This document shows positions 34,095 to 42,972 of a stretch of DNA of 64,000 nt, one piece after another. This DNA is from Chloroflexota bacterium (lineage in GTDB: Bacteria > Chloroflexota > Chloroflexia > QHBQ01 > JADMIH01). Numbering within the stretch: the first letter of the stretch is position 1; every line of letters starts with the position of its first letter. Location of the stretch: positions 1,593 to 65,592 of the forward strand of contig JBDTQH010000030.1 in the NCBI GenBank assembly GCA_039932335.1, given 5' to 3'. The notes under the pieces were generated by a model, which did not search any database, was not told the DNA's origin, and saw only the letters and a program-made list of their open reading frames with translations. A program made the translations under genes and the position numbers.

Positions 34095-35044
34095 TGGCGC
34101 CGCTTCTCCTGATGTTGGTTGGTAATTCTTCTCTGTTCGCTTAGCGTAATTATATCACCGAGGCCGGGAGCAGTGTAGTTTTCACACAAGAATGTGGATA
34201 AGCGCGATGCAGGTGTGCAGAACGCATCCCTGGCACAGCCTGCTGAGCAGTGGATTGCGAAGCCCCGCAGTAAGCCGATGTCTCCGGCGAGATACACAGG
34301 ACGTCGGGGCACCGACAGGAGGCTGCGCCCTGTCAGCGACACTCCGCCGGTTCCTTCACACCGCGGTGGAAAATGCGTCACATAGCCAACAGCAACCATT
34401 GAGCTGGATGCTTTGGCCGGCGCCAATACCGCAGCCGGGATGTAATTTACACTTTAGGGCCTGCTCAAACGGTTTGAGGATGGCCGAATCTGAAAATACA
34501 CCTGCTGAAGAGCATCGGTGAATTGCTCCTCGAAAGAATACGGGAGGCCTGTATCCGATTGGCCGGCCAGGGCGCACCCTGGCGGCCGTGCTCCTCTTAA
34601 CGAATCCGGGCCTGGCAGGCGTTTCGGGGCGCGCCACCCAGACTAATCCACATCCCGACAGGAAATGCGCGCGTTAACGGTCTTAACGATTCTTTTAAAA
34701 GAGATAAAGCAGTAGCCGTAGATAGTAGTGGATGTGCATCCGTGGAAAAGCAGCCGTTTCGTGCTTATTTTGCCGATTTTGCATCCGGATGTCCTGTGTA
34801 CAATGCCTGATTCTTTTGCACTGATTGAGATAGGCGTTGCACATCCATCGGAAAGGGATGTGCAACCCTCGCCTTTTCTCCACCATCCCGTCCACATCCG
34901 CTTGCACATCCACAGGATGTTGCAATTCGCGTTTTCACATCCAGCGCACATCCTTTATCCACACTCTTCGCAGTTTATCCCCTAAAAACATCCACTTATG
35001 CACAATTTTGGGCTTTTGCCCGGCCTTAATCCGGCAAATCCACA
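34095..35044. other. candidate chromosomal replication origin (DnaA-box cluster upstream of dnaN)
   Basis: 950 bp with no credible ORF. Perfect DnaA boxes are TGTGGATAA (34193-34201) and TTATCCACA (34955-34963). One-mismatch boxes are TAATCCACA (34644-52), TTATGCACA (34996-35004) and CGTGGATAA (35058-66). Weaker boxes are ACATCCACA (34906-14) and AAATCCACA (35036-44). An AT-rich patch lies around 34670-34735. Confidence 0.6.
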
Positions 35045-35890
35045 CTATTGCACAACCCGTGGATAAAGCCGTCCGGCGATCGTCACGAGCACGATATCAA
35101 CCACCAACATTACGGCGAAGTCTACAGGCAGTGTGAAGTGGCTGGCCGATCCTACAACCATAAGGGTGCGCAAAGCATCGACCATGTAGCTGAGCGGGTT
35201 GAAGGTCGCCAGCACCGCAACATACGCAGGCATAATCGCCAGCGGGTAAAGCGAATTAGAAGCAAAGAACATAGGCATCATAATTATCTGGCCGAGGCCC
35301 TGCACCCGCTCGCGGTTACGTACCAGTGCAGCGATAATAAGCGAGATCGTAGAGAAGCAGACCGCACCCAGGAAAACGAAAACCAGCGCGGCAACCCAGG
35401 CCAGCGGGTTTACCTGCAAATGGACGCCCATCAGAATCGCCAGCACCGATATGGTCAGCGCCTGCGCCACCCCTCGCACGCCTGAGCCAAGCCCCTTGCC
35501 CAGCACCAGCGCCGAACGCGGCATAGGACTGACAAGATACTTCTGCAAAGTGCCCTGGTCCCGCTCCCAGATTGTGTTAAGCCCTTGCAAGATCGAAATC
35601 GTAAGGACGGATTGCGCCAGTATGCCCGGTGTGACGAAATCAAGGTAGCTGCCCATGCCTTCAGGCAGCACCCTCAGACGCCCAAACACGCCCCCGAACA
35701 ACAGCAGCCAGAGCACAGGCTGAATAGATCGAGTAAAGATGTCCCACTGGTCGTGCATCAATTTCTGCACTTCCATCTCGGCGATAGCCAGAACCTTCTT
35801 CACATACTGGACAAGGGGCGCAGGCTGGGCTGTGAGCGGCTGTGCAGCCTCGTGCGGGGTTGGTTTTGTTGGTGTTACGGTGGAAGTCAT
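35045..35890 (-). CDS. ABC-2 type transporter permease
   Basis: 281 aa with six TM segments, located immediately downstream of an ABC ATPase gene. Confidence 0.85.
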   Translation of the reverse strand: MTSTVTPTKPTPHEAAQPLTAQPAPLVQYVKKVLAIAEMEVQKLMHDQWDIFTRSIQPVLWLLLFGGVFGRLRVLPEGMGSYLDFVTPGILAQSVLTISILQGLNTIWERDQGTLQKYLVSPMPRSALVLGKGLGSGVRGVAQALTISVLAILMGVHLQVNPLAWVAALVFVFLGAVCFSTISLIIAALVRNRERVQGLGQIIMMPMFFASNSLYPLAIMPAYVAVLATFNPLSYMVDALRTLMVVGSASHFTLPVDFAVMLVVDIVLVTIAGRLYPRVVQ

Positions 35891-35934
35891 ATCGTTTCTT
35901 CTCGTCCCTTAGCTACTTCTTAAGCGTGTATGTT

Positions 35935-36771
35935 CTAGCGGAGGCGGCCCGCAGTGCGGCGTACATTCCGCACTTCGCGGTATGTGCCACCCGACTCGAT
36001 ATTCGCGCCGGTAAAGTGGGCGAAGGCATCTTCAAGATCCGCCTCATCGGTGCCCACCTGCTCAATCAACTCGTCGGGTGTGCCCATCGCGACGATTTTG
36101 CCCCGGTCCATGATCGCCACACGCGTGCATAGCTGTTCTGCTTCTTCCATATAATGGGTCGTAACAAACAGCGTTGTGCCATATTCCTCGCGCAGCGCCT
36201 CAAGGTGGTTCCATACATTGCGGCGTGCTACCGGGTCGAGACCGATTGTCGGCTCGTCAAGGAAGAGAACGCGCGGCCTATGGATAAGCGTCTGGGCAAT
36301 TTCCAGGCGTCGAACCATACCGCCTGAGTACGTGCTGACCATGCGCTTGGACGCTTCGGTCAATCCCATGAACTCCAGCGCCTCATCAACGCGCTCTCTT
36401 TGCTCGCGGCGCGGCACATCGTAGAGCTTCGCGAACACGAGCAGGTTCTCTACCCCCGTAAGATTGCCGTCAGCCGACAGCGCCTGAGGGACGTAGCCGA
36501 TCAGACGGCGCACTTCGCTTGCTTGCCGCACGATGTCATAGCCGCCCACACTGGCGGTCCCACCGCTCGGCGGCAGGAGAGTGACGAGCATCTTGATAGT
36601 AGTGGTCTTGCCTGCCCCGTTTGGACCAAGCAGCCCGAAGACAGCGCCCGGTTCCACCTGCAAATCAATGCCGTCAACAGCCGTGAAGTCGCCATACATT
36701 TTCTTGAGCGCGTTAAGTGCCACTATCGGCTTTGTTACATGCGCCCCGTTGTTTCGATCATTATCTAACAT
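35935..36771 (-). CDS. ABC transporter ATP-binding protein (DrrA-like exporter)
   Basis: 278 aa. Walker A GPNGAGKTT, signature YSGGMVRRL, Walker B LFLDEPT. Confidence 0.9.
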   Translation of the reverse strand: MLDNDRNNGAHVTKPIVALNALKKMYGDFTAVDGIDLQVEPGAVFGLLGPNGAGKTTTIKMLVTLLPPSGGTASVGGYDIVRQASEVRRLIGYVPQALSADGNLTGVENLLVFAKLYDVPRREQRERVDEALEFMGLTEASKRMVSTYSGGMVRRLEIAQTLIHRPRVLFLDEPTIGLDPVARRNVWNHLEALREEYGTTLFVTTHYMEEAEQLCTRVAIMDRGKIVAMGTPDELIEQVGTDEADLEDAFAHFTGANIESGGTYREVRNVRRTAGRLR

Positions 36772-36866
36772 ACTCTATTATACACCTTTGTGCCGCGTAG
36801 TCTCCAATATTGTACAATGCCTGTGTACTCCACACATTAGTTAGAACGCAATTTTGGTGCCTACCT

Positions 36867-37913
36867 ATGGATATTATCGCGGTCGTTGTGGTCGCGTCGT
36901 TGCTGGCGCTTGTGCCCACGATTTTCTACGCACTCCTAATATGGTGGCTGGACAGGCACGAGAAAGAACCTCTGCCCCTGCTGCTTGTGGCCTTCCTGTG
37001 GGGTGCTGTGCCCGCGATCCTGATCGCCGTCATACTCGAAGTCGTGGTGGGCATACCATTGGAGCAGTTAGTCACCAGCGAATCGGGGCGGGTGCTCACC
37101 TCAGCAAGTATTGTCGCGCCGATAGTCGAGGAGGGTGTAAAAGCGGTCATCCTGGTTGTGCTCTTCGCCGCCTTTGGCCGTGAGTTCGACAATGTACTTG
37201 ACGGTGTTGTGTACGGTGCGATGGTCGGCCTTGGTTTTGCCCTTGTAGAGAACGTGCTCTATCTCACGACCGCCGCCTCTGAGGGCGGCCTGGGCGGCAT
37301 GGTTACTCTCTGGGTGTTGCGCTCAGGCCTGTTTGGTCTCAACCACAGTATGTTCACCGCCTTCACAGGGGCCGCGCTGGGCTGGGCTCGCTCGCTCAAA
37401 GGTCCAGCCAGCGGCATTGTGCCTGTGCTGGGCCTGCTGGCCGCCATGTCATTCCACGCCATCCACAACTATCTATCGAGCCTGGTGGGCCTGAATAGCA
37501 ACCCCGACGATACGCTGTCGATTATCGGCTCCTGCCTCGCGGTGATCGCCAGCGATTGGATTGGCATACTACTGATAGTAGTAGTAGCTGTGGCGTCGGG
37601 TAATCGCGAGTCTCATGTTATAAGAGATATGCTTGCCGAGGAGGTGACGCTGGGGCGCTTGACGCCTGACGAGTATGAGACGCTTGTCTCGGGACGGCTC
37701 AGGTGGACTACAAGGTGGACAGTGTTATTCTCGTCGGGTATCCGCCGCTGGAGGCAGCTTGGCAAGTTCTTCGACCTCAACACCGAGCTTGCTTTCCGCA
37801 AAGACCGCATGTATGCCGGTAGCCGCAAACACCAGGACCGCTCCGCACAGGACGTGGCAAAGCTGCGAGGCGATATTGACAGGTTGAAGATGACGATTCT
37901 TTCGGGAAGCTAG
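36867..37913 (+). CDS. prsW: PrsW-family intramembrane metalloprotease
   Basis: EEGVKA and FHAIHN motifs in a polytopic membrane protein. I prefer ATG 36867 over the longer ORF. Confidence 0.8.
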   Translation: MDIIAVVVVASLLALVPTIFYALLIWWLDRHEKEPLPLLLVAFLWGAVPAILIAVILEVVVGIPLEQLVTSESGRVLTSASIVAPIVEEGVKAVILVVLFAAFGREFDNVLDGVVYGAMVGLGFALVENVLYLTTAASEGGLGGMVTLWVLRSGLFGLNHSMFTAFTGAALGWARSLKGPASGIVPVLGLLAAMSFHAIHNYLSSLVGLNSNPDDTLSIIGSCLAVIASDWIGILLIVVVAVASGNRESHVIRDMLAEEVTLGRLTPDEYETLVSGRLRWTTRWTVLFSSGIRRWRQLGKFFDLNTELAFRKDRMYAGSRKHQDRSAQDVAKLRGDIDRLKMTILSGS

Positions 37914-37920
37914 GGTGTGA

Positions 37921-37950
37921 TATTGCGTATTGCGTATTGCGTATTGCGTA
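37921..37950. repeat. TATTGCG x4 heptamer array
   Basis: Four exact tandem copies right after the prsW stop. TATTGCG is a variant of the CTGCGTA/TACGCAG unit. Confidence 0.85.
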
Positions 37951-38007
37951 AATGCGGTACGGACCTGTGGAGATAGTGAGATCAAGGTTAATTGAGGAGA
38001 GGTAAAG

Positions 38008-38988
38008 ATGGTGAAACTATCCAGGTTGGCGCTTGCTGCTGCGGGCGTGGGGGCTGTTCTATATGCTGCCAGGCGTGTGGTCTCTATGCCGCCCGACCCG
38101 AAAGTGTCGGCGCGGGCTGAGGCGGCCTCCTACTCGGGGCCGTGGACGCACGGCTATAAAGTTGTCAACAGCGTAAAGCTGCACTATGTCGAAATCGGCG
38201 ATCCTGGATGGCCTCTTGTGCTGCTGTTGCATGGGTTTCCGGAGTGCTGGTACGAGTGGCACAATATCATGCCGCGCCTGGCTGGGCAGTATCACGTGGT
38301 TGCCCTCGACATGAGGGGCTATAACTGGAGCGAGCGCCCCCGTGGTGTAAAGAATTACAGCATGGAGAAGCTAACAGGTGACGTATCAGCGCTAATCGGT
38401 GCGTTGGGTCACGAGACAGCTCACCTTGTAGGCCATGACTGGGGTGGAAACGTCGCCTGGTACACCGCCGCAACGCACGCAGACAAGATAGACAAACTGG
38501 TGGTGATAAACGCCCCTCACCCCGAGGCATTCAAGCGAGAGATAATGAAGCCTGAACAGCTTATCAAGAGCTATTATGTGTTCCTATTCCAGCTTCCTCT
38601 CTTGCCGGAAGCCATCATGCGGCTGACCTTGCGTAACAGCCTGCAGGGTAGTGCCGAAGTGCCCGGTGCATTCTCCGACGACGCTCTCGATATGTACCAG
38701 AACGCCATTTCGCACAGGGGCGCGGCTACTGCCATGATAAACTATTACCGCGCCTCGTTTCGCCAGGTGTTGCGCCTGCGCCAGGTAGAAACAAAGATCA
38801 CACGGCCTACGCTTTTGATCTGGGGTATGAAAGATTTCGCGCTGAGTTCCAGGTTAACAGAAGGTCTTGAGCGCTGGGTGCCCGACCTCCGCATCAATCG
38901 CATAGAAGAGTGCGGACACTGGGTTCCCGAGGAGAAGCCGCGCCTTGTAGCGGATAAACTGCTGGAGTTCTTTTCAGCCGAGGAATAA
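38008..38988 (+). CDS. alpha/beta hydrolase (epoxide hydrolase/haloalkane dehalogenase-like)
   Basis: 326 aa. HGFPECWYEW oxyanion region, GHDWGG nucleophile motif, C-terminal CGHW. Confidence 0.85.
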   Translation: MVKLSRLALAAAGVGAVLYAARRVVSMPPDPKVSARAEAASYSGPWTHGYKVVNSVKLHYVEIGDPGWPLVLLLHGFPECWYEWHNIMPRLAGQYHVVALDMRGYNWSERPRGVKNYSMEKLTGDVSALIGALGHETAHLVGHDWGGNVAWYTAATHADKIDKLVVINAPHPEAFKREIMKPEQLIKSYYVFLFQLPLLPEAIMRLTLRNSLQGSAEVPGAFSDDALDMYQNAISHRGAATAMINYYRASFRQVLRLRQVETKITRPTLLIWGMKDFALSSRLTEGLERWVPDLRINRIEECGHWVPEEKPRLVADKLLEFFSAEE

Positions 38989-39000
38989 GGGGACGGCGTG

Positions 39001-39107
39001 GTTGCCTGTTGTCAGTTGTCAGTTGTCAGTTGTCAGTTGTCAGTTATGGCGGTCGGCTGTCTGCCGTCGGCGGTCCGTGGTCATACGGAGTACGGAGTAC
39101 GCAGTAA
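39001..39107. repeat. composite heptamer-array element, copy G
   Basis: 15 in-phase 7-mers: GTTGTCA x5 (plus a GTTGCCT variant), GTTATGG, the CGGTCGG/CTGTCTG/CCGTCGG core, and ACGGAGT x2 followed by ACGCAGT. Confidence 0.9.
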
Positions 39108-39149
39108 CCCACGCGTCCCGTCCCATCTTAAGCTATACTTAACGCGAAC

Positions 39150-39689
39150 ATGCAAGAACCTCCCGTACAGATTATTCGTTCAAATAACCGTACCAAGACC
39201 GCCTCTGCCAGGATGGTAGATGGGACGCTCGTGGTGCGCGTGCCTGCGGGCATCAGCCTGGAAGAGGAGCAGCGGTTGGTGCGCCAGCTTATGCCGCGCG
39301 TGCTGCACAAGGTCAAGAGGGCAAACGGCGCACTGCCCGATTTGAAGAGGCGCTCCCGCGACCTGAATCGTACCTATTTTGGCGGCAAGCTCAAAGTGAA
39401 CGAAATAAGGTGGGTCACCAACCAGAAGCACAGGTACGGCTCCTGCACGCCCTCAACGGGCACAATACGCATCTCGGACCGGCTGGCAACAATGCCTCTT
39501 TGGGTGCTCGATTATGTGCTTGTGCACGAGCTATCGCATCTTTTGCAGCCCAACCACTCGCCCGCTTTCTGGAAACTGGTGGCGCGCTATCCGCTCAGCG
39601 AGCGAGCGAGAGGCTACCTGATAGCGGTAGGGCTGGAAGGCGAAGCGGGCCCGGAGGACCTGGGCGACTCATCAGAAGATGATAACTGA
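39150..39689 (+). CDS. YgjP-like (DUF45/M48-related) metallopeptidase-fold protein
   Basis: 179 aa. HELSHLLQPNHSPAFW zinc motif. Confidence 0.8.
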   Translation: MQEPPVQIIRSNNRTKTASARMVDGTLVVRVPAGISLEEEQRLVRQLMPRVLHKVKRANGALPDLKRRSRDLNRTYFGGKLKVNEIRWVTNQKHRYGSCTPSTGTIRISDRLATMPLWVLDYVLVHELSHLLQPNHSPAFWKLVARYPLSERARGYLIAVGLEGEAGPEDLGDSSEDDN

Positions 39690-42624
39690 AACGAGGAGTG
39701 CGGAACAGAGCGAAACCGCCGTAACCTCACAGACATTACTGTCCGGCCGCGCCGAGATTCCCCTTGTCATTGCCTTCTTTGTCGTTCTCACAGTAGCAAT
39801 GACGTGGCCCTGGGCGGCGCACATGGGCGAGTCGATCAACCCGTTTGGCGACGTAGTACTGCAAATGGCGCTTCTTCGCTGGGACGCTCATGCTCTGGTC
39901 ACTAACCCTGCCGGGCTATTCGAAGCACCATTCTTCTACCCCTATGCACATTCAGTAGCATTCTCCGAGCACCTCATCGGCGAGACCCTGGTGGCGCTGC
40001 CGTTCCTGCTTCTGACAGGCAACCCCGCACTGGCCTATAACCTTAATGTGCTACTTTCCTTCGTCCTCACAGGCCTCTTCACCTACCTGCTTGTACGCGA
40101 CCTCACAGGCAGCCGCGCAGCCGGTCTACTCTCCGGCGTGGCGTTTGCGTTCTGCCCCTTCCGCTTCATGCAGATGGGCCACCTGCACATGCTTGAAACC
40201 GCATGGCTGCCCTTCACGCTCTGGGCGCTCTATCGACTGACCGCCGATGGCCGACGGCAGACCGCTGACCAACGCAGTACGCAGTACGCAGTACGCAGCA
40301 GCCGCACGTGGATCGCCCTAGCCCTCTTCGGCATACTGGCTATGGGGCTTTCGAGCGTCTACTATACCTTCTTTTTGATTATGGCGTTGATGCTGGCGGT
40401 GGTATGGTTCCTGGCGGTTGCGCTGGCTAAGGGCGAATGGCGTGGGTGGCACGTAGACCGCCGGGCTATCTTGTGGGCTGTCGCGGGGCTCGTTGTGGTG
40501 GCCGCTATACTGCTGCCTGTCTACTTGCCCTACGCACAGACGAGCGCCGACCTGGGAGTCGTCCGCACTACTTATGAACTGGAGAACTGGTCGGCTGAGT
40601 GGAGCTACTTCGGGAAGGTCCTGCAAAACAACTGGCTCTACGCTGGTGTGCTCGCGCCCGGCATGGCAACCAGCCTGGGCGAGCGGCAGCTTTTCTTCGG
40701 GATAGTACCCGGCCTACTTGCCTTGGCCGGGCTAATATGGGGGCGCGGGCGGGAGAGGTGGTATTTCGCGTTGCTTGGCCTCTTCTCCCTGCTCATGACA
40801 TTCGGCCTGAGCCGCCACATTCCAGGTACTGATATAGTAGTGCCGCTGCCCTATGCTTTCTTTTACGACTGGCTGCCGGGCTTCAAGGCATTGCGCGTGC
40901 CTGTGCGGTTCGCGGCCATGCTTGATTTCTCGCTATATGTGCTTGCCGGGTATGGACTGGCGGCACTCTTGCGGCGACTGGCTGCGCCTCGCGTGTCTCA
41001 ACAGCAGGATGTCCCGCGCCTCCGCCAGCGGTGGCCTGCCATCGTAGCAGCCGTCCTGATTGGGCTTGTGCTGCTGGAGTTCGCCAATCCGCTTGACGCA
41101 GGCAACAGGCGCGATGTAACCGCACAGGTCGCCAGTACCGAGCCTTATGGCTGGCTCGCACGCCCCGAGAATGCGGGCGTTGTGCTGGAATTGCCCTTCA
41201 ACCCCGACCAGGCCGACGTGCAGTACATGCTCTTCGGAACAAGACACTGGCAGCCTATCTTGAACGGCTCGAGCGGATTTGTGCCGCCCGGCACTGTAGA
41301 GCTAAGCAGGGCTATGGCCGCCTTCCCCGACCCCGCCACGGTGTCTATATTGCAGGGGCTGGAGGTACGGCATATAGTTGTGCATCTCTGGCAGTACCCC
41401 AAAGATCAGCAGGCCTCCCTGAAAGAGAGGCTCGACACCACAGAGGTGCTGACGATGGTGAACCAGGCTGGGGATAACTATGTGTACAGGCTAGCGCCAG
41501 ATCCCTGGCTGCGCGAACTGGCGCATCAGATGGGCAGCGACAAAACAGTGTGGGTTGGAGAAGCCCGCCACGGCTCTATGCCATCGCTGGAGGTGCTTGC
41601 CTACGCTCTACACAATATGGGCGTGCGCTGGGAGCAGATGGGCGGCAATATAAACATTGGCTACCGTCCGCTGGGCCAACTGCCGTTCGGCACCTTCCCC
41701 GACTATGCCCTTGTGCCCAACGATGCAAAGCTCTCCAACGCAGAGTTACTTCCTGTTGGGCTTGAACTGGATACCGAGGCGCTGCAAAATCCCGCTGTCA
41801 AGGTACTTCACCAATCTACTGCGGGCATGAAGAGCTATGATATGGCGCGACAGGGTGCGCCTGCCGTCGATATTGATAACCTGGCCTTGACCATAGAGCA
41901 GAACGGCGTCACATTCAGCGGCACTGGTAAGCCCTCATCGCACTCACCTTACCCCGAACCGCAGGCGAATGCACGCTCTCTTGATCTCTATTTCGTTTCT
42001 TTCGGGGCGTCAACCGCGCTTCTAAGCGCCGGAACACATCTGCTATTGCCTCCTGGTGTATCCCGCTACTCTACCACGCCCCTTTCGCCGGGCGGTGTAT
42101 TCACCCTCGGCAGAATGTCCGGTGATATGAAGCTGCTGCGTGTGGTTAGCCCCGGACAACACGAGGCCAACACAACATTCTCGATGCTCAACCAGCTACC
42201 TCTCGAAGTGACCCCCTCTAAGGCATCCGCCACACTTGACACGCGCCTGCGAGCTATTGCCCCTTCCGGTAACGGCGACCTCACTGCCACCATTGACGTA
42301 TATGTTGAGCCGTGGGGCACCCATCCGGACGGCCATTTCGGTTCGTGGTCGGTGGTACTGCCGGGGGATGCTGTCGCCCACGACTACATATTCAGCCTCG
42401 ACCCCTTAGCCAAGACGGTCACAACCATCCGCGACGGCCAGCCAGTAGAAACCTTCGCCTGGGTTGGTCCGCCCACACAAGGCGACTTCCACGCCTCACT
42501 CGTAGTATCAGACAAAAGCGGCACTGTTGCGAACGTACCCCTCTACACATTCACCCTGAGCAGCAGCCGCCTGACAGATTGGCAGCTAGATGCCCCCAGC
42601 CTGTCTATAACACCTGTTCGGTGA
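39679..42624 (+). CDS. large polytopic membrane protein, putative GT-C-type glycosyltransferase
   Basis: 981 aa. The N-terminal ~480 aa has many TM segments, followed by a large extracytoplasmic C-terminal domain. There is an 11-nt overlap with the upstream gene. Confidence 0.65.
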   Translation: MITETRSAEQSETAVTSQTLLSGRAEIPLVIAFFVVLTVAMTWPWAAHMGESINPFGDVVLQMALLRWDAHALVTNPAGLFEAPFFYPYAHSVAFSEHLIGETLVALPFLLLTGNPALAYNLNVLLSFVLTGLFTYLLVRDLTGSRAAGLLSGVAFAFCPFRFMQMGHLHMLETAWLPFTLWALYRLTADGRRQTADQRSTQYAVRSSRTWIALALFGILAMGLSSVYYTFFLIMALMLAVVWFLAVALAKGEWRGWHVDRRAILWAVAGLVVVAAILLPVYLPYAQTSADLGVVRTTYELENWSAEWSYFGKVLQNNWLYAGVLAPGMATSLGERQLFFGIVPGLLALAGLIWGRGRERWYFALLGLFSLLMTFGLSRHIPGTDIVVPLPYAFFYDWLPGFKALRVPVRFAAMLDFSLYVLAGYGLAALLRRLAAPRVSQQQDVPRLRQRWPAIVAAVLIGLVLLEFANPLDAGNRRDVTAQVASTEPYGWLARPENAGVVLELPFNPDQADVQYMLFGTRHWQPILNGSSGFVPPGTVELSRAMAAFPDPATVSILQGLEVRHIVVHLWQYPKDQQASLKERLDTTEVLTMVNQAGDNYVYRLAPDPWLRELAHQMGSDKTVWVGEARHGSMPSLEVLAYALHNMGVRWEQMGGNINIGYRPLGQLPFGTFPDYALVPNDAKLSNAELLPVGLELDTEALQNPAVKVLHQSTAGMKSYDMARQGAPAVDIDNLALTIEQNGVTFSGTGKPSSHSPYPEPQANARSLDLYFVSFGASTALLSAGTHLLLPPGVSRYSTTPLSPGGVFTLGRMSGDMKLLRVVSPGQHEANTTFSMLNQLPLEVTPSKASATLDTRLRAIAPSGNGDLTATIDVYVEPWGTHPDGHFGSWSVVLPGDAVAHDYIFSLDPLAKTVTTIRDGQPVETFAWVGPPTQGDFHASLVVSDKSGTVANVPLYTFTLSSSRLTDWQLDAPSLSITPVR
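40239..40298. repeat. heptamer-array segment embedded in frame inside a CDS
   Basis: GACCGCC GATGGCC GACGGCA GACCGCT GACC, then AACGCAG TACGCAG x3. The total is 60 nt and encodes TADGRRQTADQRSTQYAVRS. Confidence 0.85.
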
Positions 42625-42772
42625 GGCGGGGGAGTGCTGCGTGAAACGTAAAACGTAAGGTACTGCGTATTGCGTACTGCGTATGACCGCCGACCGCCAC
42701 AGCCGACACCTGACACCTGACACCTGACACCTGACACCTGACACCTGACACCTCACGCCCCACCTGAAACCG
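42621..42772. repeat. composite heptamer-array element, copy I
   Basis: GTGAGGC/GTGAAAC/GTAAAAC units, ACTGCGT ATTGCGT ACTGCGT, the complement of the CGGCGGT core, then TGACACC x6. 17 in-phase units span 42641-42759. Confidence 0.9.
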
Positions 42773-42972
42773 TCTTGCCAACCGCACTGTACATTGAATA
42801 TGCGCAACGGCTCCTCTTTTATTCCGAAGATCTTCATAATCGCTTCACAATCTCCGGCTATACTTCTTTATGTACCGGTGCCCGTGACGACCGCCCGGTG
42901 AGATATAAGACGCCGATGGCAAGCGTCAGAACTCAAATGCAATCCGCAATCCAAAATACTATGAGGTGTGAA

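Noticed and set aside
34091-34951. Several 60-115-aa ORFs on both strands in the dnaN-upstream gap. Separately, I searched the same gap for RNase P, tmRNA and SRP RNA signatures.
   Set aside because: The ORFs overlap each other, lack RBSs and have Arg/Pro/Cys-rich shadow-ORF composition. I found none of the conserved RNA motifs (GAGGAAAGUCC of RNase P, the tRNA-like 3' end of tmRNA, the SRP GGAA tetraloop helix context). The region is better explained as origin or leader DNA.
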